A DNA stretch of 51,093 bases from Elusimicrobiota bacterium (GTDB lineage Bacteria; Elusimicrobiota; Elusimicrobia; Elusimicrobiales; UBA9959), in the NCBI GenBank assembly GCA_030651035.1, contig JAUSCK010000042.1:1-51093 (forward strand), in the 5' to 3' direction. A model generated the notes under the pieces. It was not told the DNA's origin. It worked only from the letters and a program-made list of their open reading frames with translations, and ran no database searches. The translations under genes were made by a program, and so were the position numbers. Position 1 is the first letter of the stretch; each line of letters opens with the position of its first letter. This document shows positions 19,329 through 27,465 of the stretch, piece after piece.

Positions 19329-19847
19329 TTAGTTTAGATACTTATTTACATCTTCGGGCTTGTAGTTCGCCACAGTTTTCCCGTCCCGGGTGAAGAGAGT
19401 AATGCTCTTGTCCGCGTTGGTCCTGGAGTTAAGCCGGGTGCCGTTGGAGTCGGTGGCATAGAGGTCGCCGGCCTTATCCTTGGCCATTACTACCCAGCCT
19501 TTGGGCCTGTTATTTTCGAAGATGTCGATCCGCAGGCGGTTCTCGGCCGGCATCCAGTTCAGCACGGCGGACTGGTTTCCATCGTTCAGGCTCTTCGTGG
19601 TCTTTGCGGTAACCGGATTCTTCTCGCCCCAGAACTCCATCGCGTTCAGGACTATGGCGTCGGCAATCCCGACGACTTCATATACCGGGACTATGCACAT
19701 CGCCAGGAACAGGGCTTCCTGCCCCCACTTATCTTTCGTCGTGTCGCCGTTCCACTTCCAGACTTTTCGGCTCAGCGAAAAGCTCCCGTAGCAGCCGGCA
19801 GTCAGCAGCACGGCAGCCAGCAATACCAAACCAGTGGTTTTTTTCAT
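19329..19847 (-). CDS. DUF3332-family lipoprotein
   Basis: lipobox LTAGC; CYGSF.L..K...WN and IPVY...AD..VLN..EFW pattern. Confidence 0.75.
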   Translation of the reverse strand: MKKTTGLVLLAAVLLTAGCYGSFSLSRKVWKWNGDTTKDKWGQEALFLAMCIVPVYEVVGIADAIVLNAMEFWGEKNPVTAKTTKSLNDGNQSAVLNWMPAENRLRIDIFENNRPKGWVVMAKDKAGDLYATDSNGTRLNSRTNADKSITLFTRDGKTVANYKPEDVNKYLN

Positions 19848-20032
19848 TTTGGGCCCCCTTATGGTATCCCGCGATCACTCCCCAATTCTGCAAATTATAG
19901 TTCATTAATGTCAACCTACAGGATACTTCGCGCCGCCTGGTGAACAAGGGCGGAGACGTCCGCCTGTGGATGCCGGGCCGTGGTCGTTGGAAACCGCGAT
20001 GCGGATTATATGTGAAAACCTGAAAAGGAAAG

Positions 20033-20104
20033 TGTCCCCACCAGGAATCGAACCTGGATTGCCTGCTTAGAAGGCAGGAGCTCTATCCTTTGAGCTATGG
20101 GGAC
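20033..20104 (-). tRNA. tRNA-Arg(TCT)
   Basis: reverse complement GTCCCCATAGCTCAAAGGATAGAGC...CCTGC-CTTCTAA-GCAGG...GGTTCGATTCC...TGGGGACA; CCA not encoded. Confidence 0.95.
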
Positions 20105-20337
20105 AACCGCTATATTTTACAACAATAATCTGAGTTTTGGTGCGGTGCCAAAGTTGGACGATGCTGACCTCCCGCCTTAAACGCAGCATCGATCGCCTAT
20201 AAATCCCACCCTGTGCCGCTCAGGAACAGGAGCACATTTTTATGACCTCAGGCTGTAGGAGCGGCATGACGCCGCCGGAGGGGGAACAAAATACACTTAT
20301 TATTCAAGGCTTATTTGCGAGGGGGGGAATCCGGGCC

Positions 20338-20366
20338 TTGACAACTATACTTTGCTATGCTATACT
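20338..20366 (+). promoter_or_regulatory. near-consensus sigma70 promoter
   Basis: TTGACA, 17-bp spacer ending in TGc, then TATACT (extended -10). Confidence 0.8.
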
Positions 20367-20405
20367 ATATACAGAAGCGAACAGGTCATCTAAACGGAGG
20401 AGATT

Positions 20406-20552
20406 ATGAATACCCAAAAGTATATGCTCCAGAAAGACTTCAAGGTGTGGATGTGCGCTACACTGGGCCTGATCAAAGACGGCAAAATGGGCGCCAGCAT
20501 TGCCCGTGCCGACCGCATAAAGCTTGCTCTAACCTACAGGAAAGGAAGGTAA
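20406..20552 (+). CDS. 48-aa small protein (not in ORF track)
   Basis: GGAGGAG RBS; MNTQKYMLQKDFKVWMCATLGLIKDGKMGASIARADRIKLALTYRKGR; downstream of strong promoter. Confidence 0.55.
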   Translation: MNTQKYMLQKDFKVWMCATLGLIKDGKMGASIARADRIKLALTYRKGR

Positions 20553-20554
20553 AC

Positions 20555-20752
20555 ATGAAACCACGCTACCAGATAGTCATCTCTCTTTCGGAAGAGGACA
20601 GCGTGAAACTGCAGCAGTTAAGAGAAGACGGCTACCAGATAGTGGACATCTTCCGCCTCGGCCTTACCGAGGCGGAAGTGGCGGTTAAGAAGTCCGGAAA
20701 GCGGAAGGAAAAGCCCAGCCAGGGCAAAACCAGCCAGGATAAACTCTTCTAA
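20555..20752 (+). CDS. 65-aa small protein, possible ribbon-helix-helix DNA-binding protein
   Basis: AGGAAGG RBS; strand-helix-G-helix pattern YQIVISL-SEEDSVKLQQLRE-DG-YQIVDIFRLGL. Confidence 0.55.
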   Translation: MKPRYQIVISLSEEDSVKLQQLREDGYQIVDIFRLGLTEAEVAVKKSGKRKEKPSQGKTSQDKLF

Positions 20753-20864
20753 CCCTTCTGTCGTCATCCCTCATCCCTAATCCCTAGCCATAGGCCTTTA
20801 GGCCTATTCCCGTTTGGGAAGAACAGCCCTTACAAAAACTGTACGGAATCCGTATAATATAAAC

Positions 20865-21290
20865 ATGAAAAACACTAAAGCGGTATTCCTTGTAGTTCTC
20901 GGTTCTTTAATTCTTGTCACCGGCTTCGCCTTCGCCGGAAATCATTCTCTTGACCAGGCCGGCAATCCCTCTCTTTGGAAAGGCGACGGGCGCTCGAAGA
21001 TTGTGCTCCCTAAGCTGAATATCACCGCTAATAAAGAGGTTGCCGCGACCACACCCGTAGTAGCACCCCCCACTCCGCCTACGCCCCCGGTTCCCGTGGT
21101 CGTACCCCCGGCGCCCAAACCCCCGACTTTCGGTGAAAAAGTGACGAAGCTGATAAGCGACAACAAGAGCCAGATAGTAACCTCGGCGTTCGTTGGATTC
21201 CTTGGTTTCCTGATATTAGGGACCGGCGGAGCCGCGCTGGTGGTAGGTCTGATAGCCTTGGTCTTCTTCACGCTGAACAAAAAGTTCTAG
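20865..21290 (+). CDS. hypothetical exported/membrane protein with Pro-rich linker
   Basis: signal peptide ending AFA, PPTPPTPPVPVVVPPAPKPP, two C-terminal hydrophobic helices. Confidence 0.7.
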   Translation: MKNTKAVFLVVLGSLILVTGFAFAGNHSLDQAGNPSLWKGDGRSKIVLPKLNITANKEVAATTPVVAPPTPPTPPVPVVVPPAPKPPTFGEKVTKLISDNKSQIVTSAFVGFLGFLILGTGGAALVVGLIALVFFTLNKKF

Positions 21291-21301
21291 TACTCTTCCA
21301 T

Positions 21302-21357
21302 CCGGCTGAAAAAAATCCACCGCGCAGTCTGCGCGGTGGATTTTTAATTTCAGCCGG
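21302..21357. terminator. bidirectional intrinsic terminator
   Basis: AAAAATCCACCGCGCAG-T-CTGCGCGGTGGATTTTT with outer CCGGCTGAAA/TTTCAGCCGG arms, between convergent genes. Confidence 0.85.
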
Positions 21358-21364
21358 GTCGCGG

Positions 21365-22144
21365 TTATTTTTTATCTTTTTCCTTATTCAAGCGCACGGC
21401 CGCGGCTATGCCCAGCAGCACCAGGTCGGGGATAACGCGGTCGAAAAGCCCCGCGTCCTCGAACAGCTTGGAGAAGCCGCCGGTGCCTATCACCAGCGCG
21501 TCCTCGGAAAAATAATCGCTCTTTATCCTGGCGGAGATCCCTCTTATGGCCAGCAGGCTGGAGTAATACAGGCCGGACTGGATGGAATCCACGGTAGTCT
21601 TGCCCACCAGCTCGGCGGGCCTGGCTATCTCCACCCGCGGCAGTTTGGCCGTCCTTGAGGCAAGCGCCTCCATGGAGATGCGCAGCCCCGGCATTATCAC
21701 GCCGCCCAGGTATTCCTTCTTCTTCGAAACGGCGCAGAAGGTGGTGGCCGTGCCCAGGTCCACTATCACCAGGTCTTTCTCCGGGAACATCGCTGAGGCG
21801 GCTATGGCGTTGGCTATCCTGTCGGCGCCTACCTCGGCGGGGTTCTTGTACTTTATGTTCAGGCCGGTTTTTATGCCGCCCTGCAGCAGGAAAGGCTCCA
21901 GGTTGAAATATTTCAGCGAGGTCTGGTGCAGCGCGTAGATAAGGTCCGGCACTACCGAGCAGATGGCCAGCTCCTTTATCTCCTTCGGGTCTATGCCGTT
22001 CTCGCGGAGCACGTTCCTGAAAAAGGTCCCGAACTCGTCGGGAGTTGCGCTGCAGGAAGTGCCCCGGAACTTGGCCACCAGCTTGTCGTCCCTGAAAACG
22101 CCGCCGTATATCTGCGTATTGCCTACGTCGAGAGCTAAGAGCAT
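21365..22144 (-). CDS. coaX: type III pantothenate kinase
   Basis: LDVGNT, VGADR, VDLGTATT, YLGGVIMPG, TGG. Confidence 0.95.
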   Translation of the reverse strand: MLLALDVGNTQIYGGVFRDDKLVAKFRGTSCSATPDEFGTFFRNVLRENGIDPKEIKELAICSVVPDLIYALHQTSLKYFNLEPFLLQGGIKTGLNIKYKNPAEVGADRIANAIAASAMFPEKDLVIVDLGTATTFCAVSKKKEYLGGVIMPGLRISMEALASRTAKLPRVEIARPAELVGKTTVDSIQSGLYYSSLLAIRGISARIKSDYFSEDALVIGTGGFSKLFEDAGLFDRVIPDLVLLGIAAAVRLNKEKDKK

Positions 22145-22163
22145 ATTGTCTCCGATTTGGTCT

Positions 22164-22856
22164 CTATTGCTGAATACACCCCGCACTTTTTCCGGAAGCC
22201 GGCCAAATTGCGGGGTAAAGCCGGTCAGCCAGTTCCTCCGGCCCGCCGCAGTCGGCCAGTTTGCACCCGTTCCTGTAGATGTGAAAAAAATGTTTCTTCT
22301 TCATCTCGGCGAGGTCGTTGTGCACCACAAGATCCGCCGAGGACAGGGCGCGGACTTTTTCAAGAACGCGCTCAGCCGCTGCGCCAGAGGTCAGCTTGAA
22401 GCCTATCAGCAGCGGCGGGGCCTTTTTCCCGGCCGCCGCGTATTTTTTTATCCGGTCTATGATCTTAAAGTTCCTTTTCAGGACCAGCTTGATAACCGGC
22501 GCTTCGGAATCCAGCTTGCCGGCGCGGCCCGGCTTAATTCTTTTGCCGCCGGCCTCTATTAGGGCGGGGGAATAATCGCTGACCGCCGCCAAGTGGACTA
22601 CCGCGTCGAAGGCCTGCGTCTTTAAAAGCCGTTGAAGTTCCAGGTCCAGGTCCTTAAAACCCGTGAATTCTCTCACGCTGATGTTTTTGCCGGCGGGCCG
22701 CTCGGCGCCCTGCGCGCAAAGGCACATGGTCTTACAGCCGCGCGCGGCGAAGCGCTCGGCTATTATGCGGCCGGTCCTGCCGGTGCTCATATTGGTTATG
22801 AAACGGGCGGCGTCGATGTATTCCCGCGTCCCGCCGAAAGTCAGAAGCACTTTCAT
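22164..22856 (-). CDS. coaB: phosphopantothenate--cysteine ligase (stand-alone CoaB)
   Basis: GGTREYID..RFITN.STG..G, HLAAVSDY, IGFKL, VVHND. Confidence 0.88.
   Translation of the reverse strand: MKVLLTFGGTREYIDAARFITNMSTGRTGRIIAERFAARGCKTMCLCAQGAERPAGKNISVREFTGFKDLDLELQRLLKTQAFDAVVHLAAVSDYSPALIEAGGKRIKPGRAGKLDSEAPVIKLVLKRNFKIIDRIKKYAAAGKKAPPLLIGFKLTSGAAAERVLEKVRALSSADLVVHNDLAEMKKKHFFHIYRNGCKLADCGGPEELADRLYPAIWPASGKSAGCIQQ
22178..22216. repeat. intragenic palindromic element, copy D (C-terminus of CoaB)
   Basis: ACCCCGCACTTTTTCCGGAAGCCGGCCAAATTGCGGGGT; translated on minus strand as PAIWPASGKSAG. Confidence 0.8.
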
Positions 22857-23395
22857 AAATGCTTTATTATTTCCTTATATATAGCGTCGGGCTCCAGCAG
22901 CCTGCCGGCGCCTTTGTCGCCGCAGGCCTGGTAGCCGGTGCCGGTGCCCAGCATCTTTACGCCCCAGCCGGCAAGTATGCCCGCCGAGCGCCTCGTGGCC
23001 GGGTGGGCCCACATGTTCTGGTTCATGGCCGGGGCTACCAGGTAGGGCTTCGAGAAGTCGAAGGCCAGGAAGACGGTGGAGATATAATCGTCGCCTATCC
23101 CGGCCGCCAGCTTGTTGATAATATTGGCGGTGGCCGGGCAGATGATCGCCAGGTCCAGCCATTTGGTCAGGGCTATATGCTCCAGCGCCGACCTGTCCTC
23201 GAAAGTGTCGACGTAGACCGCGTTATGGGTGAGCCCTTCAAGGGTGGACTTGCCGATGAATTTCAGCGCGTTCGCCGAGCAGACGGTCTTGACGTCGAAT
23301 CCCTCCTGCACCAATTTTGAGACGACATTGCAGGCCTTGTAGCAGGCTATGGAGCCTGTCAGCTGGAAGAGTATCTTGCCTTTAGATTTGGACAT
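22853..23395 (-). CDS. coaC: phosphopantothenoylcysteine decarboxylase (stand-alone CoaC)
   Basis: TGSIACYK, HI.L, PATAN...K.A.GI.D, APAMN..M, ACG..G.GRL. Confidence 0.92.
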   Translation of the reverse strand: MSKSKGKILFQLTGSIACYKACNVVSKLVQEGFDVKTVCSANALKFIGKSTLEGLTHNAVYVDTFEDRSALEHIALTKWLDLAIICPATANIINKLAAGIGDDYISTVFLAFDFSKPYLVAPAMNQNMWAHPATRRSAGILAGWGVKMLGTGTGYQACGDKGAGRLLEPDAIYKEIIKHL

Positions 23396-24143
23396 TATCG
23401 ATAAGCCTCACTTTACCCAGTTTAGCCGCTGCGAACCTGCGGCCCCACCGCTCTTCAACATATTCCGGCTCGAAGCCCAGCGCGGCCAGCCGCTTTTTAA
23501 TGCCGGCGGGGCGGGCGGGCGACCTGAGCGCCTTATACAGTGCGGGGGCAAGCTTCCTCTCCCCCGGCTCCAGCAGCAGATTGCGCGAGCTCATGGCCAG
23601 CCCGTCCGGCTCCCTCATTATCGGGCAGGGGACTATGCTTGTGCCTGTGAAGAAAGCCTCCGCCATCCCTTTAATTAAATGGTACTGCTGGTAATCTTTT
23701 TCACCGAAGTAGGCCCTGTCGGCGCGGACCAGGTTGAGCAGCTTCAGCACCACGGTCAGCACGCCCTCGAAGTGGCCGGGCCTGTGCGCGCCGCAGAGGA
23801 CTTTGCTGTCGTTGGTCTCGCTAAGCCTGTACCTGTAGCCGTCGGGGTACATATCTCCGGCAGAAGGCAGCAGCAGGAAATCGGTTCTTTCCGCCTCCAG
23901 CTTTTTGATATCTTCAGCCAGCGTGCGGGGATAGCGCTCAAGGTCCCGCGGGTCGTTGAACTGGGCCGGGTTCACAAAAATGCTGGCCACAGCCAGGTCG
24001 TTCTCCCGCTTGGCGCGGCGCAGCAGGGACAGATGGCCCGCATGCAGGGCTCCCATGGTGGGAACGAAGCCGACGGTCTTGCCGGCAAAGAGCAGACTGG
24101 TACGCAGCTTCAGCCACTTCGCTGTTCCTTTAACTGTCACCAT
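23382..24143 (-). CDS. panC: pantoate--beta-alanine ligase
   Basis: GFVPTMGALHAGH, SIFVNPAQF, RPGHF.GV, FGEKDYQQ, REPDGLAMSSRN, RLIDN. Confidence 0.96.
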   Translation of the reverse strand: MVTVKGTAKWLKLRTSLLFAGKTVGFVPTMGALHAGHLSLLRRAKRENDLAVASIFVNPAQFNDPRDLERYPRTLAEDIKKLEAERTDFLLLPSAGDMYPDGYRYRLSETNDSKVLCGAHRPGHFEGVLTVVLKLLNLVRADRAYFGEKDYQQYHLIKGMAEAFFTGTSIVPCPIMREPDGLAMSSRNLLLEPGERKLAPALYKALRSPARPAGIKKRLAALGFEPEYVEERWGRRFAAAKLGKVRLIDNVQI

Positions 24144-24966
24144 GTTGATTTCCTTCACCCCGCACTTTGGCCGGTTGTTCGGAAAAAGTGCGGGGTTTCA
24201 TCTCCGGGAATACGGAATTTTTAATTTCGCTGTCAAACTCGTTAAGCGCGCGCACTACCAGTTGGCGGCCGTCCAGGTATTTTTTAACGAAGGAGGGGGG
24301 CTCGCCGTAAAGCCCGAGCATGTCCTGCATAACCAGCACCTGCCCGTCGGTAAATTGTCCCGCGCCTATCCCTATCACCGGTATTCTGAGGGAAGCGGTG
24401 ATGCGCTCCGCAAGCGCCGCAGGCACGCATTCCAGCACCAGGGCGAAGCAGCCAAGCTTCTCCAGCTCCAGCGCCTGGGCGGCCAGCCTTTCAGCCGAGG
24501 CCGGGTCCTTGCCCTGTGCCTTGTAGCCGCCGAATTTATTAATCGACTGCGGGGTCAGACCTAGATGCCCCATCACCGGCATATCGGATTTTATTATATG
24601 CGCGATTATTTTCCCATGTCCTTCAACGCCCTCTACTTTCACGGCTTGCGCCCCTGCCCTGGCCAGCTTCTCCACGGCCCGCATGGCCGGGGCCAGCCCC
24701 TTGCGCATGGACAGGAAAGGCATATCGGCGATCACCAGTTTTTCTTTAACGGCCCTGGAGACGGCCGCGGTGTGCAGCGCCATCATAGCTACGGTGGCCG
24801 CTATGGTGGAGCCGTGGCCGTGCATTACCATGGCCAGGCTGTCGCCGACCAGAACGCAGTCTATGGCCGACTCCGCGGCGAGGACGGCCATGGTGTAGTC
24901 GTAGGCCGTTATCACTGAGATCTTGCGCCCCGGTTTTTTGTATTTATAAAAGTCAGTTATTTTCAT
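24130..24966 (-). CDS. panB: 3-methyl-2-oxobutanoate hydroxymethyltransferase
   Basis: TAYD, LVGDSL, ADMPF, KVEG, GHLGLTPQ, IGIGAG..DGQVLV. Confidence 0.96.
   Translation of the reverse strand: MKITDFYKYKKPGRKISVITAYDYTMAVLAAESAIDCVLVGDSLAMVMHGHGSTIAATVAMMALHTAAVSRAVKEKLVIADMPFLSMRKGLAPAMRAVEKLARAGAQAVKVEGVEGHGKIIAHIIKSDMPVMGHLGLTPQSINKFGGYKAQGKDPASAERLAAQALELEKLGCFALVLECVPAALAERITASLRIPVIGIGAGQFTDGQVLVMQDMLGLYGEPPSFVKKYLDGRQLVVRALNEFDSEIKNSVFPEMKPRTFSEQPAKVRGEGNQHGDS
24157..24196. repeat. intragenic palindromic element, copy E (C-terminal extension of PanB)
   Basis: ACCCCGCACTTTGGCCGGTTGTTCGGAAAAAGTGCGGGGT; translated on minus strand as PRTFSEQPAKVRG. Confidence 0.85.
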
Positions 24967-25642
24967 AAATTTTAGCGAAGGCGGAATATACTCCGGCGAA
25001 AGGGTCGTCACCGAGCGCCCCGATGTCCGACGCGATGGTGGGCGCGTCGCGGCGGGAGAGAGGCCCGCTCAGGGCGCGGCCCGGATCTTTCCTGAAATTG
25101 TCGAGGGAAGCCTGGAAGTAGCGCTGGATCTGTCCGCGCGGTATGCCGAATTTTTTATTCAGGTCCTGCATGGTTTTTTGCCACAGGATAACGGGCAGGT
25201 TCGCGCCGAGCGCGCACAGGGCGTGGTAAAGCGGTCTCCCGCCTTTTTTGATCCTGAAAACCGGGTTGACGAATTCCGGCACCAGCTTCCTCATGGAGAC
25301 GCCGCGGTCCAGCGCGAACGGCAGGCGGCGGTACTCTTTGAGCGAGAGCGGCCTGGCGCAGAGCGGCATGAAGGGATGCATGGCGAAAGCGCCCTTTATC
25401 CCAAGGCTGCCGGAAAAATGTATGAGGGTTTTACCTTTCAGGAAAGGGTTAGCGGAAATGAACGGAGCGATAGCGCCGTCATTTATAAGGATGAAAACCG
25501 TAGAGCAGCCGCCGAGCACCGCTTTGGGCGCGAGCCCGGAACTTCTGCGCCAAAGTTTAAATGGGACTTTAAGAAGCCTGAAATAGGCCTGGAGGTGCCT
25601 GGATGCCCGGCCGCTGCCGGCTATACCGTAATATCTTTTCAT
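24953..25642 (-). CDS. Rossmann-like/DUF2520 protein, probable PanG-type ketopantoate reductase
   Basis: GIAGSG, D..I, HFSGS, HP, YHA....AN, SGPL.R.D; directly upstream of panB. Confidence 0.75.
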   Translation of the reverse strand: MKRYYGIAGSGRASRHLQAYFRLLKVPFKLWRRSSGLAPKAVLGGCSTVFILINDGAIAPFISANPFLKGKTLIHFSGSLGIKGAFAMHPFMPLCARPLSLKEYRRLPFALDRGVSMRKLVPEFVNPVFRIKKGGRPLYHALCALGANLPVILWQKTMQDLNKKFGIPRGQIQRYFQASLDNFRKDPGRALSGPLSRRDAPTIASDIGALGDDPFAGVYSAFAKIYENN

Positions 25643-25700
25643 AACGTGGGTACCTGTCCGCAAGGGATCAAGTCCGCAAAAATATTATACCAAAAGCCGG

Positions 25701-27119
25701 CTATTGTTCTTCAAACGCATCAACCGTATAAGTGTAAAGCTCGACTGTTTTGTCTTTCCAGGCGTCGGCGGAGAGCCCCGCTTTCTCAAGGCAAAGCGAG
25801 GAAAGAAAATCTTCTTTCTTTTTAAAGTGCTCCCAGACCTGCGGCAGGTAAGTGCCCGACCGGCGGCCGCTTTTAACGTAAACCCCGTGCACACCCGCCT
25901 TCACCGCTTCAGCGCCTTTGACAAGCTCCAGCGGAGAAAGGACCGAGATCTCTATTTTGATCTTCTTCAGCTCGGCCTCGGAGACCCGCTCGAACCTGGG
26001 GTCCTCGAAAGCCGCGGCCCCGGCGTAGGAGGCTGCCATGTCGGCAAGCGCGGTGCGCGGCTCAAGGCTGCCTATGCAGCCGCGCAGGCTGCCGCCCAGC
26101 GTAAGCGTGACGAAGATGGCGGCTGGCTGGTTAAATTCCGGCCTGGGGCTTAAAGGCTGTACCGGGATCTTGCCGGTTTTCAGGCAGGCGCCGATGCTGC
26201 TGCGCGCCAGGGCGAGCAGCTCGCTCTTCATGGCTGGCGATAATTCAAGCGCGCCGGCGGGCTTCGGCGAGACTTCGGTGAAATATCCCGCGCCGTAGCC
26301 GACCACGGCGCTGTCGTCGCCCGAGACCTTCCCCGAATGTGTATAAAGGCCCAGTTCAAAATCGTTGCAGCCAAGCTCGAGGGCGGCGGCGGCGCCGGCC
26401 GTCATGGCGGCCTGGCCGCAGGCGGTAGTATCAAGGTACTGCGAAGCTTTTGAAAGCAGCAGTGCGTTGGCCAGGTCGAAGTAGCCGGGGCTTGAATTGC
26501 GCATGGCCTGGCGCAGGGCCAGCAGCACGGAGCGGTCCGAAATCTCGGCTATTTTTCCCGGCGGGTAGTGTGACAGGTCGGAAGAAACACAGAACAGCGC
26601 CTTGCGCCCTCTCATGGCGCGGCCAATGGCGCGGCCGGCTTCTTCAAGCAGGGCGGCGTCAGTTGAATTAAACAGGAGGGGGACTATTTTAACGGCGCTC
26701 CCCTTAATGACCTGCAGGAAAGGCAGCTGGACTTCCACGGCATGCTCGGCCTCGTGCGCGCGGGGCAGGTTCTCGAATAGTTTTTTCTCCTTGAGGAGTT
26801 CGGCGCAGAAGGCGGAATCTATCTCGACCGCTCCGAGCGGGGTTTCGAAGGAGCCCTCGGCAAGCAGTGCCCCTTTCGCAAGGGACATAGTGTGGCCGGC
26901 GGCCATTATCACAAGCGTGTCAAAATGGAGATTTTTAAGCGGGGCGAAGGCGGCGCCGGCCGCGGCCCCGGAGAAAGCGTAGCCGGCGTGGGGGGACAGG
27001 AAGCCCGCCACGCGCCCGGCGGGAAGCACCCCGGGTTTAACAAAACCTGAAACCTCCGCGCGCAGTTCTTCAGGCCGCGCCTCATAAAAGCGCCCTGCAA
27101 CAGCTGGTTTTCTTATCAT
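25701..27119 (-). CDS. AmmeMemoRadiSam protein B (MEMO1-like) fused to protein A (AMMECR1-like)
   Basis: R.PAVAG.FY, PHAGY.FSG, EHAVEVQLPFLQ, SSDLSHY, VGY; then FVTL, LRGCIG, AFEDPRF, EISVLS, YLPQV. Confidence 0.92.
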   Translation of the reverse strand: MIRKPAVAGRFYEARPEELRAEVSGFVKPGVLPAGRVAGFLSPHAGYAFSGAAAGAAFAPLKNLHFDTLVIMAAGHTMSLAKGALLAEGSFETPLGAVEIDSAFCAELLKEKKLFENLPRAHEAEHAVEVQLPFLQVIKGSAVKIVPLLFNSTDAALLEEAGRAIGRAMRGRKALFCVSSDLSHYPPGKIAEISDRSVLLALRQAMRNSSPGYFDLANALLLSKASQYLDTTACGQAAMTAGAAAALELGCNDFELGLYTHSGKVSGDDSAVVGYGAGYFTEVSPKPAGALELSPAMKSELLALARSSIGACLKTGKIPVQPLSPRPEFNQPAAIFVTLTLGGSLRGCIGSLEPRTALADMAASYAGAAAFEDPRFERVSEAELKKIKIEISVLSPLELVKGAEAVKAGVHGVYVKSGRRSGTYLPQVWEHFKKKEDFLSSLCLEKAGLSADAWKDKTVELYTYTVDAFEEQ

Positions 27120-27184
27120 ATTAGCCCTCCCCGGCAATTATACATTTGTTTTATCGCCCCGAAAAAACTAAAATAGAGCTACAC

Positions 27185-27261
27185 GGTGGTTGTAGCTCAG
27201 TGGTTAGAGCGCTCGGCTGTGGCCCGAGAGGTCGGGGGTTCAAGTCCCCTCAGCCACCCCA
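27185..27261 (+). tRNA. tRNA-His(GTG)
   Basis: G-1 GTGGTTG acceptor, CTCGG-CTGTGGC-CCGAG anticodon arm, GGTTCAAGTCC, CAGCCACC-CCA. Confidence 0.96.
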
Positions 27262-27292
27262 AAATTTAAAAAACGCCTTTTCTCCCGTTAGT

Positions 27293-27344
27293 GGCCCGAT
27301 AAAGAAGGCTTCAGCGACAGAACGCGCCGTCCGGCGCGTTTTTT
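27293..27344 (+). repeat. cassette left-end motif plus terminator hairpin (copy 1)
   Basis: GGCCCGATAAAGAAGGCTTCA identical at 37143-37163; AACGCGCC-GTCC-GGCGCGTT-TTTT hairpin. Confidence 0.8.
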
Positions 27345-27465
27345 GTTTACTTGCATTTGCCAGAATGTAGCACTATTTGTATTATTAGTTTGGCGTAATG
27401 CACAGCAAAATAATGTACTTCATTATGCTTTGTGGCGTCAGGTTAGGGGAGCCGCGATTTCTTAT

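Noticed and set aside
19850-20032. tRNA-Arg as a second integration site
   Set aside because: No duplicated 3' end or integrase seen downstream of it in the window
20357-20752. 131-aa ORF in the supplied track
   Set aside because: Its start lies inside the promoter; RBS evidence favours two small ORFs at 20406 and 20555
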